Assembly: GCA_963754315.1 (NCBI GenBank)
Contig: CAVWFS010000015.1
Coordinates: 96,001-160,000, forward strand
Reading direction: 5' to 3'
DNA from: an uncultured Candidatus Rokubacteria bacterium
GTDB lineage: Bacteria > Methylomirabilota > Methylomirabilia > Rokubacteriales > CSP1-6
DNA length: 64,000 bases
Part shown: positions 20,555 through 30,435 of the stretch, piece by piece
Layout: each line of letters starts with the position of its first letter
Position numbering within the stretch: the stretch's first letter is position 1
Translations under genes and position numbers: made by a program
The notes under the pieces: generated by a model
The model's input: the letters and a program-made list of their open reading frames with translations, nothing else
Told to the model about the DNA's origin: nothing
The model's database searches: none

Positions 20555-21751
20555 TCACGCACGGCGCTGGCGATGGATGGCATTGCGGCCGAGCCAGAGG
20601 GCAGTGGCGGCCGCCGCCGACAGGGCAGCAAATACCCCCCAGGCCACGGCGTAGGAATCGGTTCCTTCAAGTATGAGTCCGAACAGCGGGGCACCGAGTG
20701 GAATCCCGGTGAAGATCACGCCCATCGCCACCCCCGTCAGGAGACCGGCCTGCTCGCGACCACCGAGCTCGGCGCTCACCACCAGGTAGAGACCCACCCA
20801 GCCGAGGGTCCCGACACCGGCCCAGAAGGTGACCAGAGCCGCCACCACCCACGATATGGCCGGGGGCCAGGCGAACAGCATCAGCGAGAGAGCACCGATC
20901 ACACACGTCAGCACGAGCCAGGGAACGCGCTGGCCACCGAGCCAGCGGTCGCTGGCCATGCCGAGGGCGAGGCGAGCCACCGTCCCTCCTCCCTGGGCGA
21001 CGGCAAGGAGGATGCCCGCACTCACCGTGCTCAGCCCGAAACCCTGGGTGGCGAAGAGCGGCAAGTAGCCGAGCACTGCCGATTGCACCATGCCGAGCAC
21101 GAGGCCCGTGGCGAAGAAGATCACGAGGGCCGGCCGCCCGAGCCACCACCAGATCGCCGTCTCTCTCGCTGAGCTCTCCTGACGCTCCGGGACGGTCAGG
21201 GCGGCAAGTGGGCGCCATGCGAGGATGACCGGGACGAACGCCACCACGGCGCCAAGCACGAGCGCGGCGCGCCACCCCCAGCGCACCGCGACCGCCGGCA
21301 GTACCATCGCCGAGGCAATCCCGCCGATGGTCAGCCCCATTTGCTTGATGCCCATGGCGACCCCGCGCTCGCCCAGCGGAAACAGCTCGATGATGGCGCG
21401 GCCGAGGGCAGGATTCACGATGCTCCACCCCATCCCCACCAGCGCGAGGCAGCCGAGCAAGACCCCGAAGCTCGACGCGGTTGCGCCCGCCCCGAGGACG
21501 GCGCCACAGAGGGCCAGGCCACCGATCAAGCAGATGCGGGCACCGAAGCGATCCGCGAAGCGCCCGGCCGGCAGCGAAACCAGGAACCCTCCAAGATAGA
21601 CGGCGGGCAATAGCAGACCTACCTCGAAGCGTGTCAGCCCGAATGCAGTCAGGAGGATCGGGGAGAGCGGCGACACGCCGAGGACGCCGAAGGCACCGGC
21701 AGCGTAGGCGACAGTCAGGTAGGCGAGCAACCGCCAGCGACGTGGGCTCAC
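20555..21751 (-). CDS. MFS transporter
   Basis: About 12 TM segments, GRFADRFGAR motif A, ERGVAMGIKQ. Confidence 0.88.
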   Translation of the reverse strand: MSPRRWRLLAYLTVAYAAGAFGVLGVSPLSPILLTAFGLTRFEVGLLLPAVYLGGFLVSLPAGRFADRFGARICLIGGLALCGAVLGAGATASSFGVLLGCLALVGMGWSIVNPALGRAIIELFPLGERGVAMGIKQMGLTIGGIASAMVLPAVAVRWGWRAALVLGAVVAFVPVILAWRPLAALTVPERQESSARETAIWWWLGRPALVIFFATGLVLGMVQSAVLGYLPLFATQGFGLSTVSAGILLAVAQGGGTVARLALGMASDRWLGGQRVPWLVLTCVIGALSLMLFAWPPAISWVVAALVTFWAGVGTLGWVGLYLVVSAELGGREQAGLLTGVAMGVIFTGIPLGAPLFGLILEGTDSYAVAWGVFAALSAAAATALWLGRNAIHRQRRA

Positions 21752-21771
21752 GGGCAGGGCTTGGTGGCGCT

Positions 21772-22977
21772 CTACACGACCCCGCGGGCGCGGAGGCCGG
21801 CGAGGTCGTCGCTCGTCAGGCCAAGCCGCCCACAATAGATCTCCTCGTTATCGCCGCCCACGGCCACCGGACCCGGGTGGTCGATGGCCCCGGGGGTCAG
21901 GCTGAGCTTCGGCACGATCCCCGCCATGTGAAGGACACCGCCGAGCGGATTGGGCACCTCCACGATGTTCTCGCGGGCCGCCACCTGGGGGTCCGCGAAA
22001 AGGTCGGCCACGCTGTTCACGAGCGAGCACGGGACCTGAGCGGCATCGAGGCGAGCCAGTGCCTCGGAGGCGTCGAAGGCCCCTACCCACTCACCCACGA
22101 TTCGATCGAGCTCGTCTCGGCGCCGGATGCGCTCAGGCATGGACGCGAATTCTGCCAGCAGCTCGGGGCGCTCCATGGCGTGCGTCACGAGTCGTTCGAA
22201 CATCCGGTCGTTCGTGCACGCGATCGCAATCCAGCTCCCGTCGCGAGCGCGGTAGTGATTGTGTGGAACGACGTATTCTGTTCCCGAACCGATGCGCTCT
22301 CGTTGGTGTCCCACCGCCCCGTAGACGGGGATCAGCTCATCGAGCATGCGCAGCATCGGCTCGTAGAGGGCCACGTCGACCACCTGCCCCTGCCCCGTAC
22401 GCTGTCGGTGCTGGAGCGCAACGAGCGCTCCCAGCGCTCCCATCGTCCCGGCGAGGTAGTCGGGGATGGTAGGGGTCCCAGGGGTTACGGGCGGCCGATC
22501 AGGGTACCCCGAGAGATAGCTCACTCCACTCACGGCGGCGGCGATACGGCCGAAGCCGGGACGCGCGCGGGCTGGCCCCGTCTGGCCAAAGGCAGAGATG
22601 CGCACCATGACGAGCCCAGGGTTGACCGCGCACAGATCCTCCCAGCCAAGGCACCAACCCTCCATCGTGCCCGGGCGAAAGTTCTCGGCGAGAATGTCCG
22701 TCTGGGTGGCCAGGCGCTTCATGAGGGCCTGGCCTTCGGGCGCGCGGAGGTTACAGGTGATGGACTTCTTGTTGCGCGACTCGACCAACCACATGTAGGC
22801 GGGCCCCGGGCCGGCTCCGCGCCCGAGGCGCCGCAGGTCATCGCCGATGCCGGGCTGTTCGACCTTGATGACCTCAGCCCCGAATTCGCCAAGCAACGTA
22901 CAGCAGAATGGCGCCGCGATGAACGTGGCCAGGTCGAGGACACGTACACCCGTCAGGGCACGCGCGTTGGCGCTCAT
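21772..22977 (-). CDS. CaiB/BaiF family III CoA-transferase
   Basis: RVLDLATFIAAP, GAEVIKVE, RNKKSI, ENFRPG. Confidence 0.92.
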   Translation of the reverse strand: MSANARALTGVRVLDLATFIAAPFCCTLLGEFGAEVIKVEQPGIGDDLRRLGRGAGPGPAYMWLVESRNKKSITCNLRAPEGQALMKRLATQTDILAENFRPGTMEGWCLGWEDLCAVNPGLVMVRISAFGQTGPARARPGFGRIAAAVSGVSYLSGYPDRPPVTPGTPTIPDYLAGTMGALGALVALQHRQRTGQGQVVDVALYEPMLRMLDELIPVYGAVGHQRERIGSGTEYVVPHNHYRARDGSWIAIACTNDRMFERLVTHAMERPELLAEFASMPERIRRRDELDRIVGEWVGAFDASEALARLDAAQVPCSLVNSVADLFADPQVAARENIVEVPNPLGGVLHMAGIVPKLSLTPGAIDHPGPVAVGGDNEEIYCGRLGLTSDDLAGLRARGVV

Positions 22978-22995
22978 AGCAGGCCGCGCCTGGCG

Positions 22996-25519
22996 CTACT
23001 CCTGCCTGAGCACGGGCAACGGCTTCTCGCCGAGCAGCCGGAAGGTCGCCAGGAATCCCACCAGGAGCGCAACGGCCGCAGTGAGGGTGACGCCGACGAC
23101 AAGCGCCTCCGGCTCGAACGTCCACGGGACCTCGAGAAGGTAGCGCAAGACCACCCACGAGAGCGCCATGGCCAGGGCGCTTCCGCCCAGGCCCGCCGCC
23201 ACCCCCACACAGGCGTACTCGACCGCGAAGATGCGCGCCACCACGCCCCGGGTGGCCCCGAGCGTTCGCCAGATCACCGACTCGCGCAAGCGCGTGTAAC
23301 GACTCGCCGTGAGGGCCGAAATCATGACCACCAGACCGGCGCCGATGCTGAAGAGCGCCATCATCCGAATGGCCACGGCCATCTGATCGAGCACGGTCGC
23401 CACTCGCTCGAGCACGTCGCGCACGGGTATGGCCGTCACGTTGGGAAACGCGGTCACGACGGCGCCCTGGACGCGAGTCTCGTTGGCCGCAGGGACTCGG
23501 CTCGTCGCGACGAACGTGCCCGGCGCACCATCGAGGGCGCCCGGCGAGAGAATCATGAAAAAGTTGGTGGACAGCGTCTGCCAGTCGACCTTCCGAGTGC
23601 TCGTCACCTCCGCCTCGACCGGCACGCCTTGCACCTCGAAGGTGAGGCGGTCGCCCACACCGATTCCGAGCTGCCTGGCCACGGCCTCCTCGACCGAGAC
23701 GAGGGGCCGCGTCCAGTCGGTCGGGGCGCCACCAGTGCCCGCGGACGAGCACGTTGGCAGGAGGAAGATCGGCGGCGTAGGTCAGGACATACTCGCGGCG
23801 GAGATACCAGGAGCCCTCGCTGTTCGGGCCGCCGCGCCGAGCATCGATCATGGCGCGGGTTACGGGCTGACCGTTGATGGCCGCCAGGCGCGAGCGCACC
23901 ACGGGCGTGAGCACGGGGAGGGCGCCTCCTGCGGCCTCGGCTGCCACCCGCACGAACTCCTCGCGTTGATCGGGCTGTATATCGATGAAGAAGAACGACG
24001 GAGCCTCCCGCCGCTGCTCGTGATCGATCTGGCGGCCAAGGCTTGCCTCGAGCAACGCTACCGACACCAGCAGCATCACTCCGACTCCGAGCGCGATGAC
24101 GATGCCCTCCGTCTGTGACCCGGGACGCGCGAGGTTGGCCACACCCTGCCGCCAGGCCAGCCCGCTCAAGCGCGGCCGCTGGCGCGCCGCCAGCGCCACC
24201 AAACGGGCCAGGCTCACCAGGAGCAGGAGTGCCGCTACCGAAGCGCCCACGAAGATCCCACCGAGCTTCCATGATCCGGCCTGCCAGAAGGCCAGCGCGA
24301 CCAGGCCAAGCGCGATGGGCACGGCCGCGGCCGATGGTCTCCGCTTGGAGGCAGGATCGACCTCGTGACGCAGGAGAAGGGAGGGTCGTACCGTCCGGAT
24401 GGCGAGCAAGGGCCAGAGGGCGCAAAGAAGTGCTGTCAAGACTCCCATCGCGAACGCTCGCCCGATGGTCAGCAGGTCCGGCCGCGACGATACCTCGATG
24501 GGCAGGATGCCGGTCAGGACACCCACGACGATCGATTGCAAGGCCACGCCGAGAACGACTCCCGCCACGCTGGCGGCGACCGCCACGATCTGAGTCTGCA
24601 GGAGGTAGCCCGTCAGGAGCACTCGCGAGCTGGCCCCGAGAACTTTCAATATGGCGATCGTCGGACGCTGACGCCTCATGAACGTTGCCACGGCCGAGGC
24701 CACGCCGATGCCGCCGACCAGGAGGCTGACGAGCCCGATCAGACCAAGGTACGTCGCCATCTGGGAGAAGAAACGCCGCAGCCCAGGCTGCGCCTCGTTG
24801 AAGGACGTCACCCTGATGGTCGGGTCCGAGATTTCGCGCGCGATGGCCTCCCGGCTCTCGCGCGCCGCCATTCTATCGGGCAAGCGAAGCAGGGTTCGGT
24901 AGCGTACACGGCTCCCGAACTGGAGGAGCCCTGTGCCTTCGAGTGTCTGGCCGCTGATCAGCACGCGCGGTCCCAGCCCGAAGCCCACCGGGCTGTCCGG
25001 CTCCTTACGCACAACGCCTCGGATGGTCACCGTCCCGTTGCCGACCAGGATACGGTCACCGACTCTCATGTCGAGCCGCGCCAGCAACGTCTCGTGCACG
25101 AGAGCACCACCGTCGGCGAGCAGCTCTGCCAGTGGACGTTCGGGCTCGGTCTGCATGCGGCCGTACAGGGGATAGTCTGGCTCCACCGCTTTCAGCTCGA
25201 CCAGCAGGGAACCCCCAGCACGAGGATCGCGGACCATCCCGACGAGCTCCCGCACACGGGTCACGGCAGCTCCGGCCGAGGCAACCCGCTCCACGGCCTG
25301 TGTTGCCTCGTCCCCAAGGGGACGCATGGCCCGAAGCTCGAGGTCCCCACCCATGAGCGTCCTGGCCTCACGGGTCAGAGCGCGGTCAACGTTGGCGGCA
25401 AGCGTGCCGACCGAGGCCAGCGCCGCCACCCCGACGGCGACGCAGGCGAAAAAGCCAACGAAGTGGCGCCACCCGCCCCGCATCTCGCGCAGGGCTATTA
25501 AGATGGGGGGCCCCGACAT
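22996..25519 (-). CDS. ybbP: YbbP-like FtsX-family ABC permease, frameshifted near 23728
   Basis: LMGGDLEL, YPLYG, APSFFFIDIQPDQ, RKVDWQTLSTNFF; two ORFs join with a 1-base shift; inferred start lies inside the repeat. Confidence 0.85.
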
Positions 25520-25697
25520 GGCCCCCCATACCCCCCAACGCTCGGGGCGCCCCGGGACACCCGGGTCACCCCTCGACATGACGCCAGCTTCTGGGGCCCC
25601 GATATGGCCCCCATACCCCCCAGCGCTCGGGGCGCCCCGGGATACCCGGGTCACCCCTCGACATGACGCCAGCCTCTTAACGTGGGGGGCCCCATCT
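25498..25697 (+). repeat. Tandem array of the ~85-bp two-hairpin element: 2 units plus degenerate terminal hairpin
   Basis: Unit GGGGCCCCGA(C/T)ATGGCCCCC(C)ATACCCCCCA(A/G)CGCTCGGGGCGCCCCGGGA(C/T)ACCCGGGTCACCCCTCGACATGACGCCAGC, period ~85 bp. Confidence 0.92.
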
Positions 25698-26404
25698 CAG
25701 AGCCCAGCCTGATCGGCGGGCGGATGGCCGTTGCCGTTGACGAGGCGACCGTCCAGGAGGCTCACGATCCGATCAGCGTGGGCGGCCAGAGCCGGATCAT
25801 GGGTGACGAGCAGGAGCGTGCTTCCCCGTTCCCGTCTGAGCCGCAGCATCAGATCGATGATGGCGGCCCCGGTGGCGGAATCGAGGTTTCCGGTGGGCTC
25901 GTCGGCGAGGAGCAACTTCGGTCGAAGCGCCACCGCGCGCGCGAGCGCCACGCGCTGTTGCTCTCCCCCGGAGAGCTGCGCCGGATAGTGATGGGCGCGC
26001 CGGGTCAGGCCGACCTCGCTCAGGAGCCCTGCCGCACGGGTCAGGGCGTCGGCGTGGCCGGCGAGCTCGAGCGGAACCGCCACGTTTTCGCGCGCGCTGA
26101 GGGTCGGTATCAAGTTGAACGACTGGAAAACGTAGCCGATTCGTTGGCACCGGAAGCCCGCGAGCATATTCTCCGAGAGTCCGGTGATCTCGATGCCATC
26201 GACCTCGATACTCCCCGTGGTCGGCTGATCCAGCCCCGCGATCAGTCCGAGCAAGGTCGACTTGCCACTCCCGGAGGGGCCGGTGATGGCCACGAACTCG
26301 CCGGCCGCCACCTCGAGGTGAATTGCGTCGAGGATCGGGACGGGACGACCACCGCTGGCGAGACGCATAGAAAGGTCCCGTACCCGGATCATCTTGAATC
26401 CCAT
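25697..26404 (-). CDS. ybbA: YbbA/LolD-like ABC transporter ATPase
   Basis: [32 protein letters not shown]; divergent from tesA. Confidence 0.88.
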   Translation of the reverse strand: MGFKMIRVRDLSMRLASGGRPVPILDAIHLEVAAGEFVAITGPSGSGKSTLLGLIAGLDQPTTGSIEVDGIEITGLSENMLAGFRCQRIGYVFQSFNLIPTLSARENVAVPLELAGHADALTRAAGLLSEVGLTRRAHHYPAQLSGGEQQRVALARAVALRPKLLLADEPTGNLDSATGAAIIDLMLRLRRERGSTLLLVTHDPALAAHADRIVSLLDGRLVNGNGHPPADQAGL

Positions 26405-26418
26405 ACTACACTCGGGTC

Positions 26419-27039
26419 ATGAGACACGCCGCCCTCGCGGTAGTGCTCGTCGCCCTGGCGCTGACCGGCGTGGTCGAAGACATCTCGGCGGAAGAGACGC
26501 TCGCCGTGCTGGGTGACAGTCTCACCGCCGGCTTCGGCATCGGCCTTGAGGAGGCATTCCCGGCCCTCCTCCAGGAGCGGCTCCGGCGAGAGGGTTACGA
26601 CTATCGAGTCGTCAACGCGGGCGTGAGCGGCGACACCACGGCCGGAGGCCTCAGGCGGGTGGACTGGGTGCTCCGCACACGACCGTCCATCGTCATCGTG
26701 GCCCTCGGCGGCAACGACGGCCTGCGCGGCCTCAGCGTGGATGCGATGCGCGAGAACCTGGAGGAAATCATCGCGCGTATCCGGGCCAGCGGCGCCCGGG
26801 TTCTGCTGGCCGGCATGCGGGTGCCTCCCAACTATGGTGGGGAATACGCGCGCGCGTTTGCTGCGGCCTTCCCGGCGGTGGCGCGCAAGGCTGGTGTCTC
26901 CCTGATGCCATTCCTGCTCGACGGAGTGGCCGGCGACCCGGGTCTGAACCAGCCCGATGGCATCCATCCCAATGCGCGCGGTCAGCAGGTCGTCGCTGCG
27001 CGGCTCTGGCCCTATCTGACCCCGCTGCTACCGAAGTAA
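26419..27039 (+). CDS. tesA: Arylesterase / acyl-CoA thioesterase I (SGNH-GDSL)
   Basis: Signal peptide, GDSL, NAGVSGDTT, GGNDGLRG, DGIHP. Confidence 0.92.
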   Translation: MRHAALAVVLVALALTGVVEDISAEETLAVLGDSLTAGFGIGLEEAFPALLQERLRREGYDYRVVNAGVSGDTTAGGLRRVDWVLRTRPSIVIVALGGNDGLRGLSVDAMRENLEEIIARIRASGARVLLAGMRVPPNYGGEYARAFAAAFPAVARKAGVSLMPFLLDGVAGDPGLNQPDGIHPNARGQQVVAARLWPYLTPLLPK

Positions 27040-27133
27040 CGCCGCCGGTAGTGGATGGGTCAGGGGCCGCCCCCATCCGGCGGTCCCCGGTATTTCCGAC
27101 GGCTCCGCTCGGTCCGGTCTCTACCATGGGAGA

Positions 27134-27790
27134 GTGGCCGTTTGGCTTCCCCTGCTCGCGCTCGTTATCACAAGCGCTGCGTGCAGCACGTTCCCGGAGG
27201 GCGCGTACCATCCCTTGGCACGCGATCCGCATGCCACCGCTGTGGCACGATCGCTCCACCGCGCAGCGCTGGCCGCTGACGACGACCCCAAACGCTACAC
27301 GTTCGCCATGATCCAGACGCGGGACATCGCCGCCTATACCACGGACGATGCGTCGTTCTACTTCACCGACGGGCTCGCCCGCCTACCCGCACCGAGCCTA
27401 GACGCGCTCGTCGCGCAGCAGGTCGCGCACGAGATTCTCGGCCACCTCGGGCGGCGCCGCGCCCTCTCCCTCTCGATGGCGGCGGGATTCACGGTCTTCG
27501 GCTTCATCGTACCCGGGATGGGACTGGTCGACTACCTCGTGAGCCCGCTCGTGGTGCGCGCGTACACGCGGGATCAGGTCCTCGCGGCCGATGGCAAGGC
27601 GGTGGAGATTCTCTCTTCAATGGGCTATCGGGCGCCCCGACGCGTGATGGCTGATGCGATCCGGACGGCCACCGCCCACCGTCCCGCTCAGGGAGGGGTG
27701 TTGGATACGGAGCCCAGTTCCGATGATCGCCTGACGGCCCTGGAGCCGCTGGAGTCCGTCTCGCGGAAAGCGGGGCCCCGCGCGCGCTGA
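27134..27790 (+). CDS. Lipoprotein with M48 peptidase-like fold and degenerate metal-binding motifs
   Basis: Lipobox-like SAAC; QQVAHEILGH at the HExxH position; YTRDQVLAAD; LDTEPSSDDR. Confidence 0.65.
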   Translation: MAVWLPLLALVITSAACSTFPEGAYHPLARDPHATAVARSLHRAALAADDDPKRYTFAMIQTRDIAAYTTDDASFYFTDGLARLPAPSLDALVAQQVAHEILGHLGRRRALSLSMAAGFTVFGFIVPGMGLVDYLVSPLVVRAYTRDQVLAADGKAVEILSSMGYRAPRRVMADAIRTATAHRPAQGGVLDTEPSSDDRLTALEPLESVSRKAGPRAR

Positions 27791-27806
27791 AACGAGACCG
27801 AATCTC

Positions 27807-30431
27807 TCAGCGAGAACTATAGATCCGACGATACTCGTCCCAGGATAGCATGACACGCTTGACATAGTGGCGCGTCTCGTCGAACGGGATCTCCTCGACC
27901 CAGACTTCGATGTCGTCGTTGCGGCGCGCTTGCCACCACTGGCGTGCCCGCCGGGGACCGGCATTGTACGCGGCCAGTGCGAGCCGGGGATCGGTGAATT
28001 CCCGCAGGAGCTGCCCGAGGAAGCTCGTCCCGAGCTCGATGTTGGCCGCCGGCTCGTCGAGCAGGTCGCCCCCTCGGAAAGACCAGCCTCGCCCCGCCAC
28101 CATGGGCTGGGCGGTGCTCGGCATGAGCTGCATGAGCCCGCGTGCCCCCGCTCGCGATACCGCGGCCGGATGGTAGCTCGACTCCTCACGAACCACCGCG
28201 GCCACGAGGCACGGATCGAGTCCCACGCGCTCGGCGGACTCTGTCACCTCCACACGCCAAGGCCACGGATAGAGGAGCTCCCAGAACGCGCGTGGAATTG
28301 CCGGGTGCCCGCTCGTGGCGAGCCCGGCGAAGTTTCTCCGCATGACTCGCAGTGCCAGGTGATGGCGCTCACCATCGACGTAGGCTCGGCTGAGCCCGTA
28401 GAGTCGAACGGTGTCGCCCGCCGAGCGCTGTACGACATCCGCGAGCTCGACGAGAGCCAGCTCGCCAAGGCCGACCCGGCGGAGCAGCTCGACGCGCTCG
28501 AAGCCCGGGTCGCCGGCGACGGCGTCTCGCGGGTTGGCAGGCAGACGCAAAGACGGTTCAGGGGGATCGTGAACGGCCGCTCGTGAGCCTGCCAGGCGGC
28601 GCTCGGCCAAGAGCCCGTAATAGCTGCGGGGCGCCTCGCTGATGACGCGCTGATACGCTCGCTGGGCCGGCTCGCGCGCGCCCAGCTGGTCCTTGGCACG
28701 TCCAGTCCAGTACAGCGCGGCTAACCGGTGAGCACGACTACCCGGCATCTCGGTGAGATGCGTCCAGCTCAGCGCCGCCGCACTCACGTCGCCACGGACG
28801 TAGGACAGCCAGCCCAGGCGCCAGAGAGCATTCGCGCTCGCCTCGCGGGCAGGAAAGCGCCGGACCAACGCGCGATAGGAGTCCTCGGCGAGCGACTCGC
28901 GGCGCCGATCCTCGAAGAGGCGCGCTTGCAGATACATGGCCTCCGCCGCCTCGGCGTCTGGCCCCGTCCCGATCACCACGGTCAGGACCTTGTGCGCGCC
29001 ATCCTTGTTACCGCTCCGGCTGAGAAGCCGGGCCTGTTCGAGCTGGAGTGCACTTTTCTGTTCGACGGGAGCCCGCGCCACGGCCGACTCGATGGCACGC
29101 ACAGCCGCATCGTAACGACCGAGCCGCTGCGAAGCGTCCGCGGCGAGCTTGAGCGCGCGCACGACGATGCTGACATCCTGAGCATCGGCGGCGAGGCGGT
29201 CAGCCTCGTCTGCCGCGGCCTGGGGCACACCTCCGCGAAGCAGACGGTCCGCGCGATCAAGGCGTTGCTGGGGCGACAGCGGCGCGATGCGGACACCCCC
29301 GCGGGCGAGCGCGGACAGACGGTCTCCGGCGGCCGAGGCGTACGCCCCGGCCGGGGCGATCAGAGTAAGCTCGCGATAGGCCGCCGCCGCTGACTCGAGC
29401 TGCCCTCGTCCTTCGGCCGTCATGCCCAGCAGGTACAAGGCCTCCGGCACCTCCTCGGCATCGGGATAGTCGGCGATCAGCTTCACGATCGCCTCCTGGG
29501 CTCCCGCCTCGTCGCCGGCGCGCGAGCTTGCCCATGCCGCCACCAGCAGTGCGCGGGGTGCCAGCCGGCTATCGCGATGGTGCGTCGCCACGCTCAGCGC
29601 CAATTCACGTGACGCGGTCCAGTTCTCGCGTCGTGCGAAGGCATCGGCGAGCAGCCACCGCACGTAGTCTGCGATGGGGCTGGCCAGCGCAGCTGGCGCA
29701 TTGACTTGGTCGAGAAGCGGGCTCATATCACCCGCCTGGTAGGCGGCGATCGCCTGGGCCCACGTCCGTTCCTGCGCCGCCATCACCGGCGGGTCGGCCG
29801 CGCTCGCGGTCGGGCTGAGGAGGACCGTCGCGATCAGCACGCAGCGGGGGATGGCCGCCGGGCGGGTCGCGCGCCAGGTGAAGGCGATGCGCTGAAGCGC
29901 GGTGAGATTGGCGAGGACAGCCAGAACCCACAGGGCCGGTTCCAGCACGTCCAGCAGGGCACCCAGGATCAGGCAGATCATCCGCTCGGGGCGCTCCATG
30001 AATCCGATCGTACACTCGACCCCAATCGACGATGCCCGGGCCTTCGTGTAGCTGACCATCACCGATCCCACCAGACCGGCCATGGCCACCAGGGCCCCGC
30101 GCGTGTGTGGTGTGCGGGCGAACAGGACGACGATGGCGAGAAGCACCACGATGTCCGAGTAGCGATCGATCACCGAGTCCAAAAAGGCCCCGAATGGCGT
30201 CACCATCCCGGAGGCACGGGCCAGGGAGCCGTCGAAGAAGTCGCAGAGACCCGCGATCACGAGGAGTACTCCCCCCGTCCGGATGTGGCCGGTCACGATG
30301 GCGGCAGCCGCCACCAAGCTGACGCCAAGCCCGATGAGCGTGAGGTGATTCGGTCGGAGGTGCAGGCGGACGAGGCTCCGCCCGACAGGGTCCGACCAGA
30401 CGCGAGCCGTCTCGCGGTAACGACTGATCAT
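27807..30431 (-). CDS. Fusion: CDP-alcohol phosphatidyltransferase + TPR repeats + soluble lytic transglycosylase (SLT)
   Basis: DFFDGSLAR...G...DSVID motif; helical repeats; REESSY, GARGLMQLMP, AAYNAGP, ETRHYV; all in one 874-aa frame. Confidence 0.85.
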   Translation of the reverse strand: MISRYRETARVWSDPVGRSLVRLHLRPNHLTLIGLGVSLVAAAAIVTGHIRTGGVLLVIAGLCDFFDGSLARASGMVTPFGAFLDSVIDRYSDIVVLLAIVVLFARTPHTRGALVAMAGLVGSVMVSYTKARASSIGVECTIGFMERPERMICLILGALLDVLEPALWVLAVLANLTALQRIAFTWRATRPAAIPRCVLIATVLLSPTASAADPPVMAAQERTWAQAIAAYQAGDMSPLLDQVNAPAALASPIADYVRWLLADAFARRENWTASRELALSVATHHRDSRLAPRALLVAAWASSRAGDEAGAQEAIVKLIADYPDAEEVPEALYLLGMTAEGRGQLESAAAAYRELTLIAPAGAYASAAGDRLSALARGGVRIAPLSPQQRLDRADRLLRGGVPQAAADEADRLAADAQDVSIVVRALKLAADASQRLGRYDAAVRAIESAVARAPVEQKSALQLEQARLLSRSGNKDGAHKVLTVVIGTGPDAEAAEAMYLQARLFEDRRRESLAEDSYRALVRRFPAREASANALWRLGWLSYVRGDVSAAALSWTHLTEMPGSRAHRLAALYWTGRAKDQLGAREPAQRAYQRVISEAPRSYYGLLAERRLAGSRAAVHDPPEPSLRLPANPRDAVAGDPGFERVELLRRVGLGELALVELADVVQRSAGDTVRLYGLSRAYVDGERHHLALRVMRRNFAGLATSGHPAIPRAFWELLYPWPWRVEVTESAERVGLDPCLVAAVVREESSYHPAAVSRAGARGLMQLMPSTAQPMVAGRGWSFRGGDLLDEPAANIELGTSFLGQLLREFTDPRLALAAYNAGPRRARQWWQARRNDDIEVWVEEIPFDETRHYVKRVMLSWDEYRRIYSSR

Positions 30432-30435
30432 GTGC

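Noticed and set aside
27040..27120. Possible fifth degenerate copy of the two-hairpin element
   Set aside because: It has a GGATGGG...CCCATCC hairpin but no convincing 13-bp hairpin 2.
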